From Pristiophorus japonicus (taxonomy: Eukaryota): a stretch of DNA of 64,000 nt. Both the position numbers and the translations under genes were made by a program. How positions within the stretch are numbered: the stretch's first letter is position 1; each line of letters begins with the position of its first letter. Shown here one piece after another: positions 12,744-23,539 of the stretch. The notes below the pieces were generated by a model. The model saw only the letters and a program-made list of their open reading frames with translations. It was not told the DNA's origin and ran no database searches. The DNA lies in the NCBI RefSeq assembly GCF_044704955.1, contig NW_027251257.1, forward strand, positions 1,054,001-1,118,000, read 5' to 3'.

Positions 12744-12811
12744 CAAGCAACCTTCAGCGGGTTCAGTTCCTCATCTTCACCTCTTGTGATGTGAAGGGAA
12801 AACTCCAAACG

Positions 12812-13134
12812 TGGTTTTTAGACCCCTGTGTCTGTCAAAGTCCGTCATTGGTACCGGCGGGCCTGGCGAGTCTGTCTGCCATTCACCTGAACTCAACCAC
12901 TTTCATTCACTGGGGGATTTTGGCGAGTTTCCCCAAGCTGTGTTCAGCGTTGAGTCAAGCTGCATCCTGATTGTCTTCATTTCGGTTCAATCTGTTGATA
13001 TTTTTGTTTTCAGGGTAGAGACCTATTAATTATAATGTATGATGCAGATGTGCAACACAGTGTTGTGCAACTTGTGAACTTACCAGTTAAGAGAGCTGCA
13101 GCTGTGATGAACACATAAAAGTAGCATCCAACAT
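12812..13134 (-). pseudogene. Possible highly decayed V relic (leader + short intron + degenerate exon)
   Basis: Leader-like GCYFYVFITAAALLT-G|GTAAGT (13134-13084, ATG out of frame), 61-nt intron, AG acceptor at 13023, TGATGTGA motif upstream, nonamer-like CTAAAAACC at ~12812-12820; no recognisable Ig fold. Confidence 0.35.
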
Positions 13135-13959
13135 GTTTGATGGTGGATTTCAACAGAACGGATTGAATCTGAAAGTGTTTCACATCAGGAGTGGGGAGAT
13201 GTTGACTAATATCCGGCCTCTTTGCTGATTGGATCGTTCTTGACAGAGACCACGGGTGATATACAATCAACTCGTGTATCCTGTGTTCTCCAATTCATCC
13301 AATCAGTTCACAGTTCCCGTGTTCACCAGGCTCAACGGGCAGCACGACCATTATTATCAATAAGGAGTATAGGGAATACATGGTGACTGGATTAGATTCC
13401 GACAGAGCATAACATAATGTTCTAAATATGTGCGATATTAAAGATTAAACCCAAATCAGGGCAGGTTTCACTTATTGAGAAACTGAGGGGCGTTTTCCAG
13501 GGACAGGGTTGGTTGGTCTCTCAGAACTGTCTTTAGCTTTGCACCAATGAGTGCTAGTTGTGCCCAATTGCTGCAGGATATCTCCAAACTCTTTCCTTGA
13601 CTGATTATGTGTGTCTTTGTCTTTGTTTATATATGTCTATTTAACTCGGTATCTCTATCTGTTTCACGGGCTCTCTCTCACTCTCTCTTTTGCTCTCTCT
13701 CCGTCTACTTCTCTGTGTCTATTCATCTCATTCTTTCCCTGCCCCTCTTTCATTAAGGTGAAATAAGGTGTAGAAATTTCTGAAGTCAATGCATCCCATT
13801 AATAGTTGCAGTCTTAAGAACATAGGTTACACACACACCAACATTATCAAAAATACACACAATGTTTGATATCTTTTGAGGTTATTGACGTATATTTAGT
13901 TTTACTTTGCTTGAGATGGAAAGCTTTTTAATAAGTGCAGAGAGCATACCCTTGTGCCC

Positions 13960-14380
13960 AAAACAAGCCTCACACAGAGCATTAGAAACAAGCATATGAC
14001 CACAGACACCCGCACAGAGACACAACCACAGACATACACACACTCAAACATACAAGCTCAAGCACACACACACATTCACACACACACAGACTCACAGACA
14101 CGCATACAGACATACACACACACTCGAATACACACAGGCACACATACACACACATTCACACACTCAGACACACTCAAACACAAACGCACACACTCCCTCT
14201 CACACATATTCAAGCATACACTCATACACTCACACAGACTGACACACACACTCACACACACAACCACAATCGTACACACACACACTCAGAAATATGCACC
14301 CAAAAATACAAACACAGATAGACACGCACTCAGATATACACAGACACGCATATCAGAATAAACATAGACGGGCACACAAT
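13960..14380. repeat. Degenerate (CA)n-rich simple repeat
   Basis: Visible directly. Confidence 0.9.
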
Positions 14381-14854
14381 GATTGATATCTTGAAGAGAA
14401 TATTGATGTATTTTCAGTTGTCAATATTTTGAAATTAATGAGGAACAGACTCGATGCAAACTATTCCAGAATTGGATTCGTTAGTTCTCAGCAATGTGCC
14501 CACACTTTTAATAACTAGTCAGATAATTCCTGAGGATCATATGACAAGCTGCACTCGCTCATCCCTGAGTCACAGGTTGTGCACTTTTCATATTTTGCTT
14601 CTCTTTCTGCACACAACCAGACCAGCAGCGTTCCCGCAGTGTGATCTGCTTGATGCTTGCTTTAACTGATGAGTATTGGTCCCTGATCGGATAGAAACAT
14701 ACATTTCACATTGATTTGGGCAGAAAATCTTCCACTGTTTTCAGATGCAACGGGATCTCAATTCTCTAAACAGGTGCAATCTATAAGGTAGGGGAAGTAA
14801 AGGGAAACTGTTAATGTTGTAAAGGCATCAGTAGGGGCTCCCAGTACAGGAAAC

Positions 14855-15355
14855 ATAACATAGACACATAGAAAATAGATGCAGGAGTAGGCCATTCGGC
14901 CCTTCGACCCTGCACCACCATTCAATAAGATCATGGCTGATCATTCCCTCAGTACCCCTTTTCTGCTTTCTCTCCATACCCCTTGATCCCTTTAGCCGTA
15001 AGGGCCATATCTAACCCCATCTTGAATATATACAATGAACTGGCATCAACAACTCTCTGCGGCAGGGAATTCCACAGGTTAACAACTCTCTGAGTGAAGC
15101 AGTTTCTCCTCATCTCCTAAATGGCCTACCACTTATCCTAAGACTGTATCCCCTGATTCTTGACTTCCCCAACATCGGGAACATTCTTCCCGCATCTAAC
15201 TTTTCCAGAACCGTCAGAATCTTCTATTTTCTATGAGATACCCTCTCATCCTTCTAAGCTCCAATGTATAAAGGCCCAGTTGATCCAATCTCTCCTCATA
15301 TGTCAGTCCAGCCATCCCGGGAATCAGTCTGGTGAACCTTCGCTGCACTCCCTCG
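14855..15355 (-). mobile_element. CR1 3' fragment
   Basis: Near-identical to the 3' ends at 6891 and 30191. Confidence 0.9.
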
Positions 15356-16174
15356 CTGACCATTAGATCTACCCACTGCTGATGTAAAGGTTATTCTCGA
15401 CAGCCAGCGGGTCCTGGGGCATTTGAACGGTAAATTATACAAAGGCCACCTGTTACATGAATGAAAGTGAGAATGACTGACAAGTTTCAGCAGAATGGGA
15501 GCATGCAAGCAGCGGATCAGATGCTATCATTAAAATACTGACAGCATGTCATTAATAATATTTGAACAATTTTAATATTAAATATTAAATAAAGGATATG
15601 AACGATGTTGTCCGTCTGCAACTCGCCCTCACACTGAAACCTAGAGTGAATACATCTGCCCACTGCCTCTGGTGGTGACTACCTGAAACTACAACTTATA
15701 ACTTCTGCCGTTCTGCAGTGAATGAGTTCTGAGAACAAGGGAGTGGTCTTATATGATCTATCCAAAGAGATCATAACTCACACCCCTCATTGTAGCCTCA
15801 AGCTTATCCTTTAACTATGCGAGTATATTTCCCTCTGCTATTCTATATTGCACACATTAATCACTCTGTATATGAGCGAATAACTTCATGATACCAGTCC
15901 TAAAATGAATCTTTACACATTGAATCCGTGTCCCCAGGTTCAACATCCACAGTTCAATTCAGGTGTTAATGCGGATACTCCTCTTGGGGTCACTGCAGTC
16001 AGGCACTGGGATAGAGTGCTACTTAAATCCTCTGCGCAACTCCTTCATCATTCAGCTTCAGAGGAAGGGGTCATTGCGAGAGAAAGTGAGCAACAGACGA
16101 TTATTTCTTTCCTCTCCCTTCCACTTTATCAGCACCGCAAACAGCTTCCATTTACTTCCCTCACTCTGATCCGC

Positions 16175-16690
16175 CATGTCTGCCTCTGCATCGAAGCACT
16201 GACCACGCTTGATCAGCTCCGTTGGTCAGGCCACATCCTCGGCATGCCTCACACGAGGCTCCAAAACAAGTGCTCTACCCAGAGCTCCGACATGGCAAGT
16301 GAGTCCCAGGTGGGCAGAGGAAATGCCTCAAAACCGTCATGAAAAATTGCAACACCTCCATCGACACCTGTCCCAAGACCGCTCAAAGTGGAGGAAAAGC
16401 ATCCGGGAAGGCGCTGAACATTAATACAAAAGCAAAATACTATGGATGCTGGAATCTGAACAAATCGAGTCTCTTCCCCGAAAGCGAGCTGAAGCCAAGC
16501 GTCGACAGTGGAAGGAGCACGTGGCAACCCAGGGACCCCAACCTCCTGTGCCTTCAACCACCGTCTGTCCGACCTGTGACAGAGACTGTAGGTCCCGCAT
16601 TGGTCTCTTCAGTCACCTGAGAACTCAGTTTTAGCGCGGAAGCAGGTCATCCTTGATCAGAGGGATTGCCTAAGGGAAGAAGAAGATTAG
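16175..16690 (+). mobile_element. RTE-clade LINE 3' fragment
   Basis: QLRWSGH...MP..RL, DRSKWRK, C-terminal CPTCDRDCRSRIGLFSHLRT, (gaa)n tail. Confidence 0.85.
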
Positions 16691-16744
16691 AGAGATTTCT
16701 GCCGCTGTTCCTTGTTTGACAGTTCAGCCGGGCGGACATCTGTA

Positions 16745-16937
16745 TTTCTGCTCCGACAGAGGATTTCCCGCACTGCAGAGTTACAGACTGAGTATCATGT
16801 GGAATCGTCTCACACCGCTCCTCATCATTATATCACATCCCAGTAAATATTACCTTCCCAGCAAAAATCCATTCTCCCCCTCACTGCTGTAACCCAGGTG
16901 TTATTATTGTTAAATTGATGGTGGTAATGATGGTGGA
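16745..16937 (+). pseudogene. Orphan V leader exon (16797-16842, MWNRLTPLLIIISHP) with 5'UTR and partial intron; V exon missing
   Basis: Paralogous to the leaders at 19461-19506 and 17768-17723; A|GTAAAT donor; no V exon downstream on this strand. Confidence 0.8.
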
Positions 16938-17227
16938 TCAAGTACATTTTCTCTTTTCTCTAATTTGCAACATGCTTAGGATCTGAATTGCAAACACTCA
17001 ATACTCTGTCCTTGACTGTTTGAACATCTATTTTCAGACCAGAATCACCGAGATTCTGTCACCCAAACGCTGTCTTAAAGACAGAAGCAGAAGGGGAGAC
17101 TTGCTGTTGGTTCTGTTTTCTCTCCCTTTTAAGAATCTCCCTGTGACTCTGACTGTGAAGAATTATTGCTTCTGAATATTGGTGTGAGAGCACCCTCTGG
17201 TGCGCAGCAACTGGAACTCTCTGTGTC

Positions 17228-17768
17228 GGTTTTTGTACGGGACCCACTATAACTCTGGTGCAGTGTGGGTGTCATGGCACAGAAATACACGGCGGTGTCA
17301 GAGATCAGGGCTTTGCTGATCGTTAGCTCAGTAATCTTGGCAATTTTATTAAACCTAAAAGAGAATCGATCAATGAAGGCGGGGTTCAGGTCTACATTCA
17401 CTCTGATAAAACGAAGCACGTACTGTGGAGGCTTCCCAGGTTGCTAAATGTACGAGAACACATAAGGGGCAGTATCGCTGGTTTTCAACGTGCAGGTTCG
17501 TGTGACATTACTTTCCTCCTCACCATCATTTCAGGGGCCGGCTTTTGAACTTTGTCTTGTTGGCTCCATTCTGACAGCAAATAATAGAATGAATCATCAT
17601 GATCATCATCACCATCCTCTCAATCAACATAATCATAATCATCAATGTCATTTTACCAATAATAACACCTAAGTTACATCAGCCAGGGGGAGAAATGGTT
17701 TTAATAGGAAGGAAATACTTACTTAGAAGTAATATAACAATGAGCAACGGTGCAAGACGGGTCCGCAT
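17228..17768 (-). pseudogene. TCR alpha/delta-type V segment V3 pseudogene (leader 17768-17723, V exon 17570-17268, RSS 17267-17228)
   Basis: Leader MRTRLAPLLIVILLL; frameshift in FR1, Trp->Ser and TAG in FR2; SDTAVYFCAMTP; CACACTG-24nt-ACAAAAACC. Confidence 0.93.
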
Positions 17769-18559
17769 GATGCTCCCTGAGTGTGTAACTCTGCAGTCCG
17801 AGAAATCCTCTGTGAGAGCAGAATTACAGATCCCCGCGCCACTGCACTGTTGATCCCACCAATGCAAACAGGGAGCAGCGGCAGCAATCTCTCCATTTAC
17901 ACAGGGCTGGCAAGGCGGGTCTGAGCGAGAGCGGCAAACGAAAGCTGTGGGCGGGGCTGCCGTGGGCAGTGTTACTGCAAAATTTGTCTCTCGAATTTCC
18001 GGTTGATAACGGTGAGAAACATGTGACCACGGCGCCCTCTGATGGTGACTCTGGGGATATCACACAGTCAGGATAATGGGCTGAGTAAAGTGTGAGTTCA
18101 TCGAAGGGGCGGTTTCCAGCAGCCTGTTATTTGGAGACAATGTGTATTGTTTCAGACAATTCAACTGTCTAAATAGGCAGAAGGGAAATGTGAGTGAATG
18201 GAAAGGAAAGGACATTTTATTTTATTTCAATATCTTTCTGTATGGCTTTCTCTTACCTATTAGCGTTATCTTTCTCTTGTTACGTATCACCTTTCATTTT
18301 TCTTTCCCAGCTTTTCTCATTTGCTGTCCTCTACACTCTCATTATTGCACGGCGTTGTCTCTTTGTCTTTCTCATTCTTTCTTTCGTACTTTCACTTTCT
18401 TTTCCTCTACCTATGTTTCCAACTCTTTTCATTTCTCATTTTCTTTAAATCTTTCTCTTCTCTATTTCCTAATTGTTCTCTAGTTCTATGAGCTGTTTCT
18501 GTGCTGTACATTCCATGCAATTCTTAAATTTTGTCGAAAAATGCACCGACTTTGGCCCA

Positions 18560-18850
18560 GATTTCTCTAGCCACCTGAGACTTCACAGTGGAAGGACATC
18601 CTGTCAGAATCCAGCGCGGGTTCTGCACGACCGACAACTGTTGGTACAGCCGACTGGTGAGCGCGGCCCCGCGATACATCCATTGTGGATTTAAAGCAGA
18701 ACGCCACCAAGTCCGGTTTAAGATCCACACCGACCAGGATCAAAGTCTGAGCACTCTCAGCTTCTGCCAGGCAGAGCTCGCGGATAAAGAAACTTATTTC
18801 TGTGCTGCGGGCCACAGTGCGGGGAAAAACCCCACTCTCGTACAACTTCT
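18560..18850 (+). pseudogene. Degenerate V segment V4 with RSS
   Basis: First Cys lost (RIQRGF); WY...APRYI...STLSF...LADKETYFCAAG; perfect heptamer CACAGTG 18813-18819, 22-nt spacer, poor nonamer ACAACTTCT; no clear leader. Confidence 0.8.
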
Positions 18851-19460
18851 CCTTTCTGAGCAAAGTCTGAATAGATTGGATGACAGTCAAATCGGTCCCG
18901 AAAACGACCAGTTCAGTCAAAGGGCAGTGGTCAATCCGCAATTATATTACTCAATATAAATTAAGATGAAATTCCTTTTCATTTCACATTTCAGCTCATT
19001 AATATTATACATCTCCTAACAGTTTTGTTCTCTTTCCCATAGCTTATTTCAGCGTCTAGTTTTAAACCACTTCACTGTTGAAGATTTCGGTAGCAATTGA
19101 ATAATGTAATAATTTTGCAATTCCTGTCGCCAATCTGCTTGCCCCGAATTTTAATAAATGTGCAATTAACGCAGCTCTTATCGAGGAAGAGTTGTATAAT
19201 TTGCGAAGGGGACATCATTCTGAATTCTGTTCTCACAGATGGATCCTACGTATGACAATACTGCCCGTGACAGCCACACCCACAGCTTCCGTTTGCTGCT
19301 ATCCTTCTGCCCCGCCTTGCCTGCACTGTGTAATTGGAGAGATCGCTGCTGCTGTTCCCTGCTTCACATTGTTTGGACCAGCAGTGCAGTGGAGCAGGGA
19401 TCTATATTGCTTCTCCGACAGAGGAGTTCTCGAGTTGCAGTTACAGACTCAGGGAGCATC

Positions 19461-20769
19461 ATGTGGAACCGTCTCGCATCGCTCCTGGTCATTATATCAG
19501 TTCTCAGTAAGTATTTCCTTCGCAAAAATAATAATTCTGCCCCTGATGTTATTATTGTTAAAGTGGTAATGAAGATGATAATGTGATGATGACTATTACT
19601 ATTATTTTATTTTAGAATGGAGCCAACAAGACACAGTGGAACAGTCGGTTCTCGAAATGATGGTTGAAGAGGATAGTAATGTCACACTAAACTGCACGCT
19701 GAAAACCAGCAATGCTAACCCTTCGGTGTTAAACATAGAAACATAGAAAATAGGTGCAGGAGCAGGCCATTCAGCCCTTCTAGCCTGCACCGCCATTCAA
19801 TGAGTTCATGGCTGAACATGAAACTTCAGTACCCCCTTCCTGCTTTCTCGCCATAACCCTTGATCCCCCGAGTAGTAAGGACTTCATCTAACTCCCTTTT
19901 GAATATATTTAGTGAATTGGCCTCAACTACTTTCTGTGGTAGAGAATTCCACAGGTTCACCACTCTCTGGGTGAAGAAGTTTCTCCTCATCTCGGTCCTA
20001 AATGGCTTACCCCTTATCCTCAGACTGTGACCCCTGGTTCTGGACTTCCCCAACATTGGGAACATTCTTTCTGCATCTAACCTGTCTAAACCCGTCAGAA
20101 TTTTAAACGTTTCTATGAGGTCCCCTCTCATTCTTCTGAACTCCAGTGAATACAAGCCCAATTGATCCAATCTTTCTTGATAGGTCAGTCCCGCCATCCC
20201 GGGAATCAGTCTGGTGAACCTTCGCTGCACTCCCTCAATAGCAAGAATGTCCTTCCTCAAGTTAGGAGACCAAAACTGTGCACAATACTCCAGGTGTGGC
20301 CTCACCAAGGCCCTGTACAACTGTAGCAACACCTCCCTGCCCCTGTATTCAAATCCCCTCGCTATGAAGGCCAACATGCCATTTGCTTTCTTAACCGCCT
20401 GCTGTACCTGCATGCCAACCTTCAATGACTGATGTACCATGACACCCAGGTCTCGTTGCACCTTCCCTTTTCCTAATCTGTCACCATTCAGATAATAGTC
20501 TGTCTCTCTGTTTTTACCACCAAAGTGGATAACTTCACATCTGGTACAGTCAGCATCCTGGGCAGCCCCCTCAGTACGTGTTTTATCTTATTGGAGCGAC
20601 AGTAAACCGAAACCTCGAGTTCACTGACCGATTCTCTTCTGCATTTCATAAAACGACTAAGATTACCTAGCTAACGATCAGCAAGGCCTTGATCTCAGAG
20701 ACCGCTGTGTATTTCTGTGCCATGAGCCCCACGCTGGTGCAGAGATATAGCGCATCCCGTACAAATACC
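19461..20769 (+). pseudogene. TCR alpha/delta-type V segment V5 pseudogene split by a CR1 insertion (leader 19461-19506; V exon 19616-19730 + 20541-20729; RSS 20730-20769)
   Basis: Leader MWNRLASLLVIISVL; NVTLNCTL...V[F]WYSQHPGQPPQYV...ETAVYFCAMSP; in-frame TAG at 20668-20670; CACGCTG-24nt-ACAAATACC. Confidence 0.94.
19731..20540 (-). mobile_element. Young 5'-truncated CR1 inserted in V5
   Basis: Uninterrupted 211-aa ORF2 C-terminus (19826-20461) and aaacatag tail. Confidence 0.95.
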
Positions 20770-21119
20770 CACACTGGGAGTTCCAGTCAGTGCTCACTAG
20801 AGGGCGCTTCCACGCTGATAAACAGAAGCGATAATTCAGCATCCGCAGTGAGATTCACTGCGACTTTCTTAAAAGTCAACTAAAACAAAATTCTTAACAA
20901 GAACCGGTGACGTAAACCGGTGGAATTATATTAGCTGGTGATTTTAAAGCACATTTAAAATAGAAATACACTGCGCAAAGGCACCTGTGACACATTTTTT
21001 TTCAATGCCCTCTCCGTGCATGCCCGTCCCATCTCACCCCTTGTCTCCAGTCTTTATCCATAATTAATTGATATCTCTTCTTCCTTTTTTTAGTTTAATG
21101 ATGTAAAACTTTTGCTTCA

Positions 21120-21470
21120 GCTCATCTCTCTGTTTCTCACGCTGTGGTCCTTTCTCTGTCACTCTCTTTCAATGTCTATCTTTTTCACCATCTCTGTTTC
21201 TGTCGTCTCCATCTGATTCTCACTGTATGTATCTCATTGCCTCCGTGTGTGTGTCTGCCTAACTCCCGCTCTGTCTGTCTCTCTGTCTCTCACTGTGTCC
21301 ATTTTTCTACATCTCTTTCTCGCTCTCTCTTTCCATTCTTCGCTCTGTCTCTCTCTGTCTCAATCTCACATTATTTCACTCTCTCTTTATCTCTCACTCT
21401 CTTCCTCTTTGCTTATTTCAATCCGTTTCTCAATCTATTTCTCTTCATCTGTCTCTCCCTAAATATCTCG
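21120..21470. repeat. Degenerate (CT)n/(CTGT)n low-complexity repeat
   Basis: Visible directly. Confidence 0.85.
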
Positions 21471-21609
21471 TTTTACGTTACATTACTACCTGTCTGAGTT
21501 ATGACTGCACTAAACCAACTCTCTGTTTATATTAGTCTAGACACTGTCACATCGATTGGTTGAGGTAGAGAAAATGACGTTTTAATGTGTGTAGTAGTGT
21601 GCTGGTTCT

Positions 21610-22040
21610 GCTACTCAACAAATAATCCCTAGGTGTGAGATAATACTCTAGAGTGCACTAGTTCAACTTCTACTATGGTAGTTTAGAAATTTGAAATCCG
21701 ATGTTTTACAAATAAATAAGAAGCAGTTTTCAGTAAAAGTGACCGTGAAACTTGGATTTTGGTAAAACCCCAACTACAACACTGATGCCCTTTATTGGGA
21801 AGGAAAGCTGCTGCCTTTTCTGGTTCTGTCCCATATGGGACTCCGGTGCCATAAACAACGTAGTTGTCACTTGACTATTTGGTGAAGTGGCCCAGTCAGC
21901 CAGTCAATTGTATCAAACGAGTGCAAAGAGCAGAAATGCAGTCGTCCAAGAAAAAGACCCACCATCAGCTTATCAAGGGAATCTGGGGAAGGGGCAATAA
22001 ATCCTGGACTCCTCAGCGACCTCTCGAGAATTAATAAGAA
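21610..22040 (+). mobile_element. Old SINE-like element with LINE-derived 3' tail
   Basis: 3' end (aagaaaaagacccaccatcagctt...ggcaataaatcctgg) resembles the LINE 3' fragment at ~41660-41850. Confidence 0.5.
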
Positions 22041-22054
22041 AGGGAAAATTAAGA

Positions 22055-22320
22055 ACTTAAGAAAATAAGAAATAGGAGCAGGAGTAGGCCATTTGGCTTC
22101 TCGAGCGTGTTCTGCCATTCATAAAGATCATGGCTGATCTGATCTTGGCCTCAACCCCACTTCCCCGCCAGATCCCCATAACCCTTGACTCCCTTATCAT
22201 TCAAAAATCTGTATATCTCCACATTAAATAAATCCAATGAGCCAGACTTCACAGCTCTCTGAGATAGAGAATCCCAAAGATTCACGAACCCCTGAGAGAC
22301 GAAATTCCTCCTCATTTTCG
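22055..22320 (-). mobile_element. CR1 3' fragment
   Basis: MRRNFVSQGFVNLWDSL and CR1 3'UTR. Confidence 0.85.
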
Positions 22321-22326
22321 ATATAA

Positions 22327-23530
22327 TTAGTAGAGTGGACAAGTGAGAACCAGTGGATGTGCTATATTTGGAATTTCAAAAGGCTTTTGACAAGGTCCCA
22401 CACAAGAGATTAGTGTGCAGAATTAAAGCACATTGTATTAGGGGTAATGTATTGAAGTTGATAGGGAACTGGTTGGCAGACAGGATGCAAAGAATAGGAA
22501 TAAGCGAGTCCTTTTCAGAATGGCAGGCAGTGACTTGTGGGGTACAGCATGGTTCAGTGCTGGGACCCCAGCTATTCACAATATACATTAATGATTTAGA
22601 GGAAGGAATTGAATGTAATATCTCCAAGTTTGCAGATGGCACTAAGCTGGGTGGCAATGTGAGCTTTGAGGAGGATGCTAAAAGGCTGCAGGGTGAGGTG
22701 AGTGGGAAAATGCATGACATTTTGTGGATAAATGTGAGTTTATCCACTTCGGTGGCAAAAACAGGAAGGCAGAATATTTTCTAAATGGTGACAAATTAGG
22801 AAAAGGGGAGGTGCAACGAGACCTGGGTGTCATGGTACATCAGTCATTGAAAGTTAGCATGCAGGTACAGCAGGTGGTGAAGAAGGCAAATGGCATGTTG
22901 GCCTTCATAGCGAGGGGATTTGAGTATAGGAGCAGGGAGGTCTTACTGCAGTTGTACAGGACCTTGGTGAGGCCTCTCCTGGAATAGTGTGTTCAGTTTT
23001 TGGTCTCCTAATCTGAGGAAGGACATTCTTGCTATTGCAGGAGTGCAGCAAAGGAACACTAGACTGATTCCCTGGAAGACAGGACTGATATATAGGAGAT
23101 ATTGGATCGACTGGGCCTGTATTCACTGGAGTTTAGAATAATGAGAGGGGATCTCATACAAACATGTAGCATTCTGACGGGACTGGACAGGTTAGATGCA
23201 GGAAAAATGTTCCCGATGTTGGGGATGTCCAGAACCAGCGGTCACAGTATAAGGATAAGGGATAAGCCATGAAATCAGAGATGAGGAGAAACTTCTTCAC
23301 TCAGAGAGTTTTTAACCTGTGGAATTCTCTGCGCAGAGAGTGTTGATGACAGTTCCGTATATATATTGAATAGGGAGTTAGATATGGCCATTAAGGCTAA
23401 AGGGATGAAGTGGTATGGAAAGAAAGCCGGAAAGGGGTAATGAAGTAACTGATCATCCAGGATCTTATTGAAAGGTGGTACAGGCTCGAAGGGCCGAATG
23501 GTCTACTCCTGCACCTATTTTCTATATTTC
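22327..23530 (+). mobile_element. CR1 RT fragment to 3' end
   Basis: FQKAFDKVPHKRL, GSVLGPQLF, SKFADG, LYRTLVRP. Confidence 0.92.
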
Positions 23531-23539
23531 TTTGATTCT

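Noticed and set aside
13954-14361. 135-aa His/Thr-rich ORF
   Set aside because: Translation of a degenerate CA repeat
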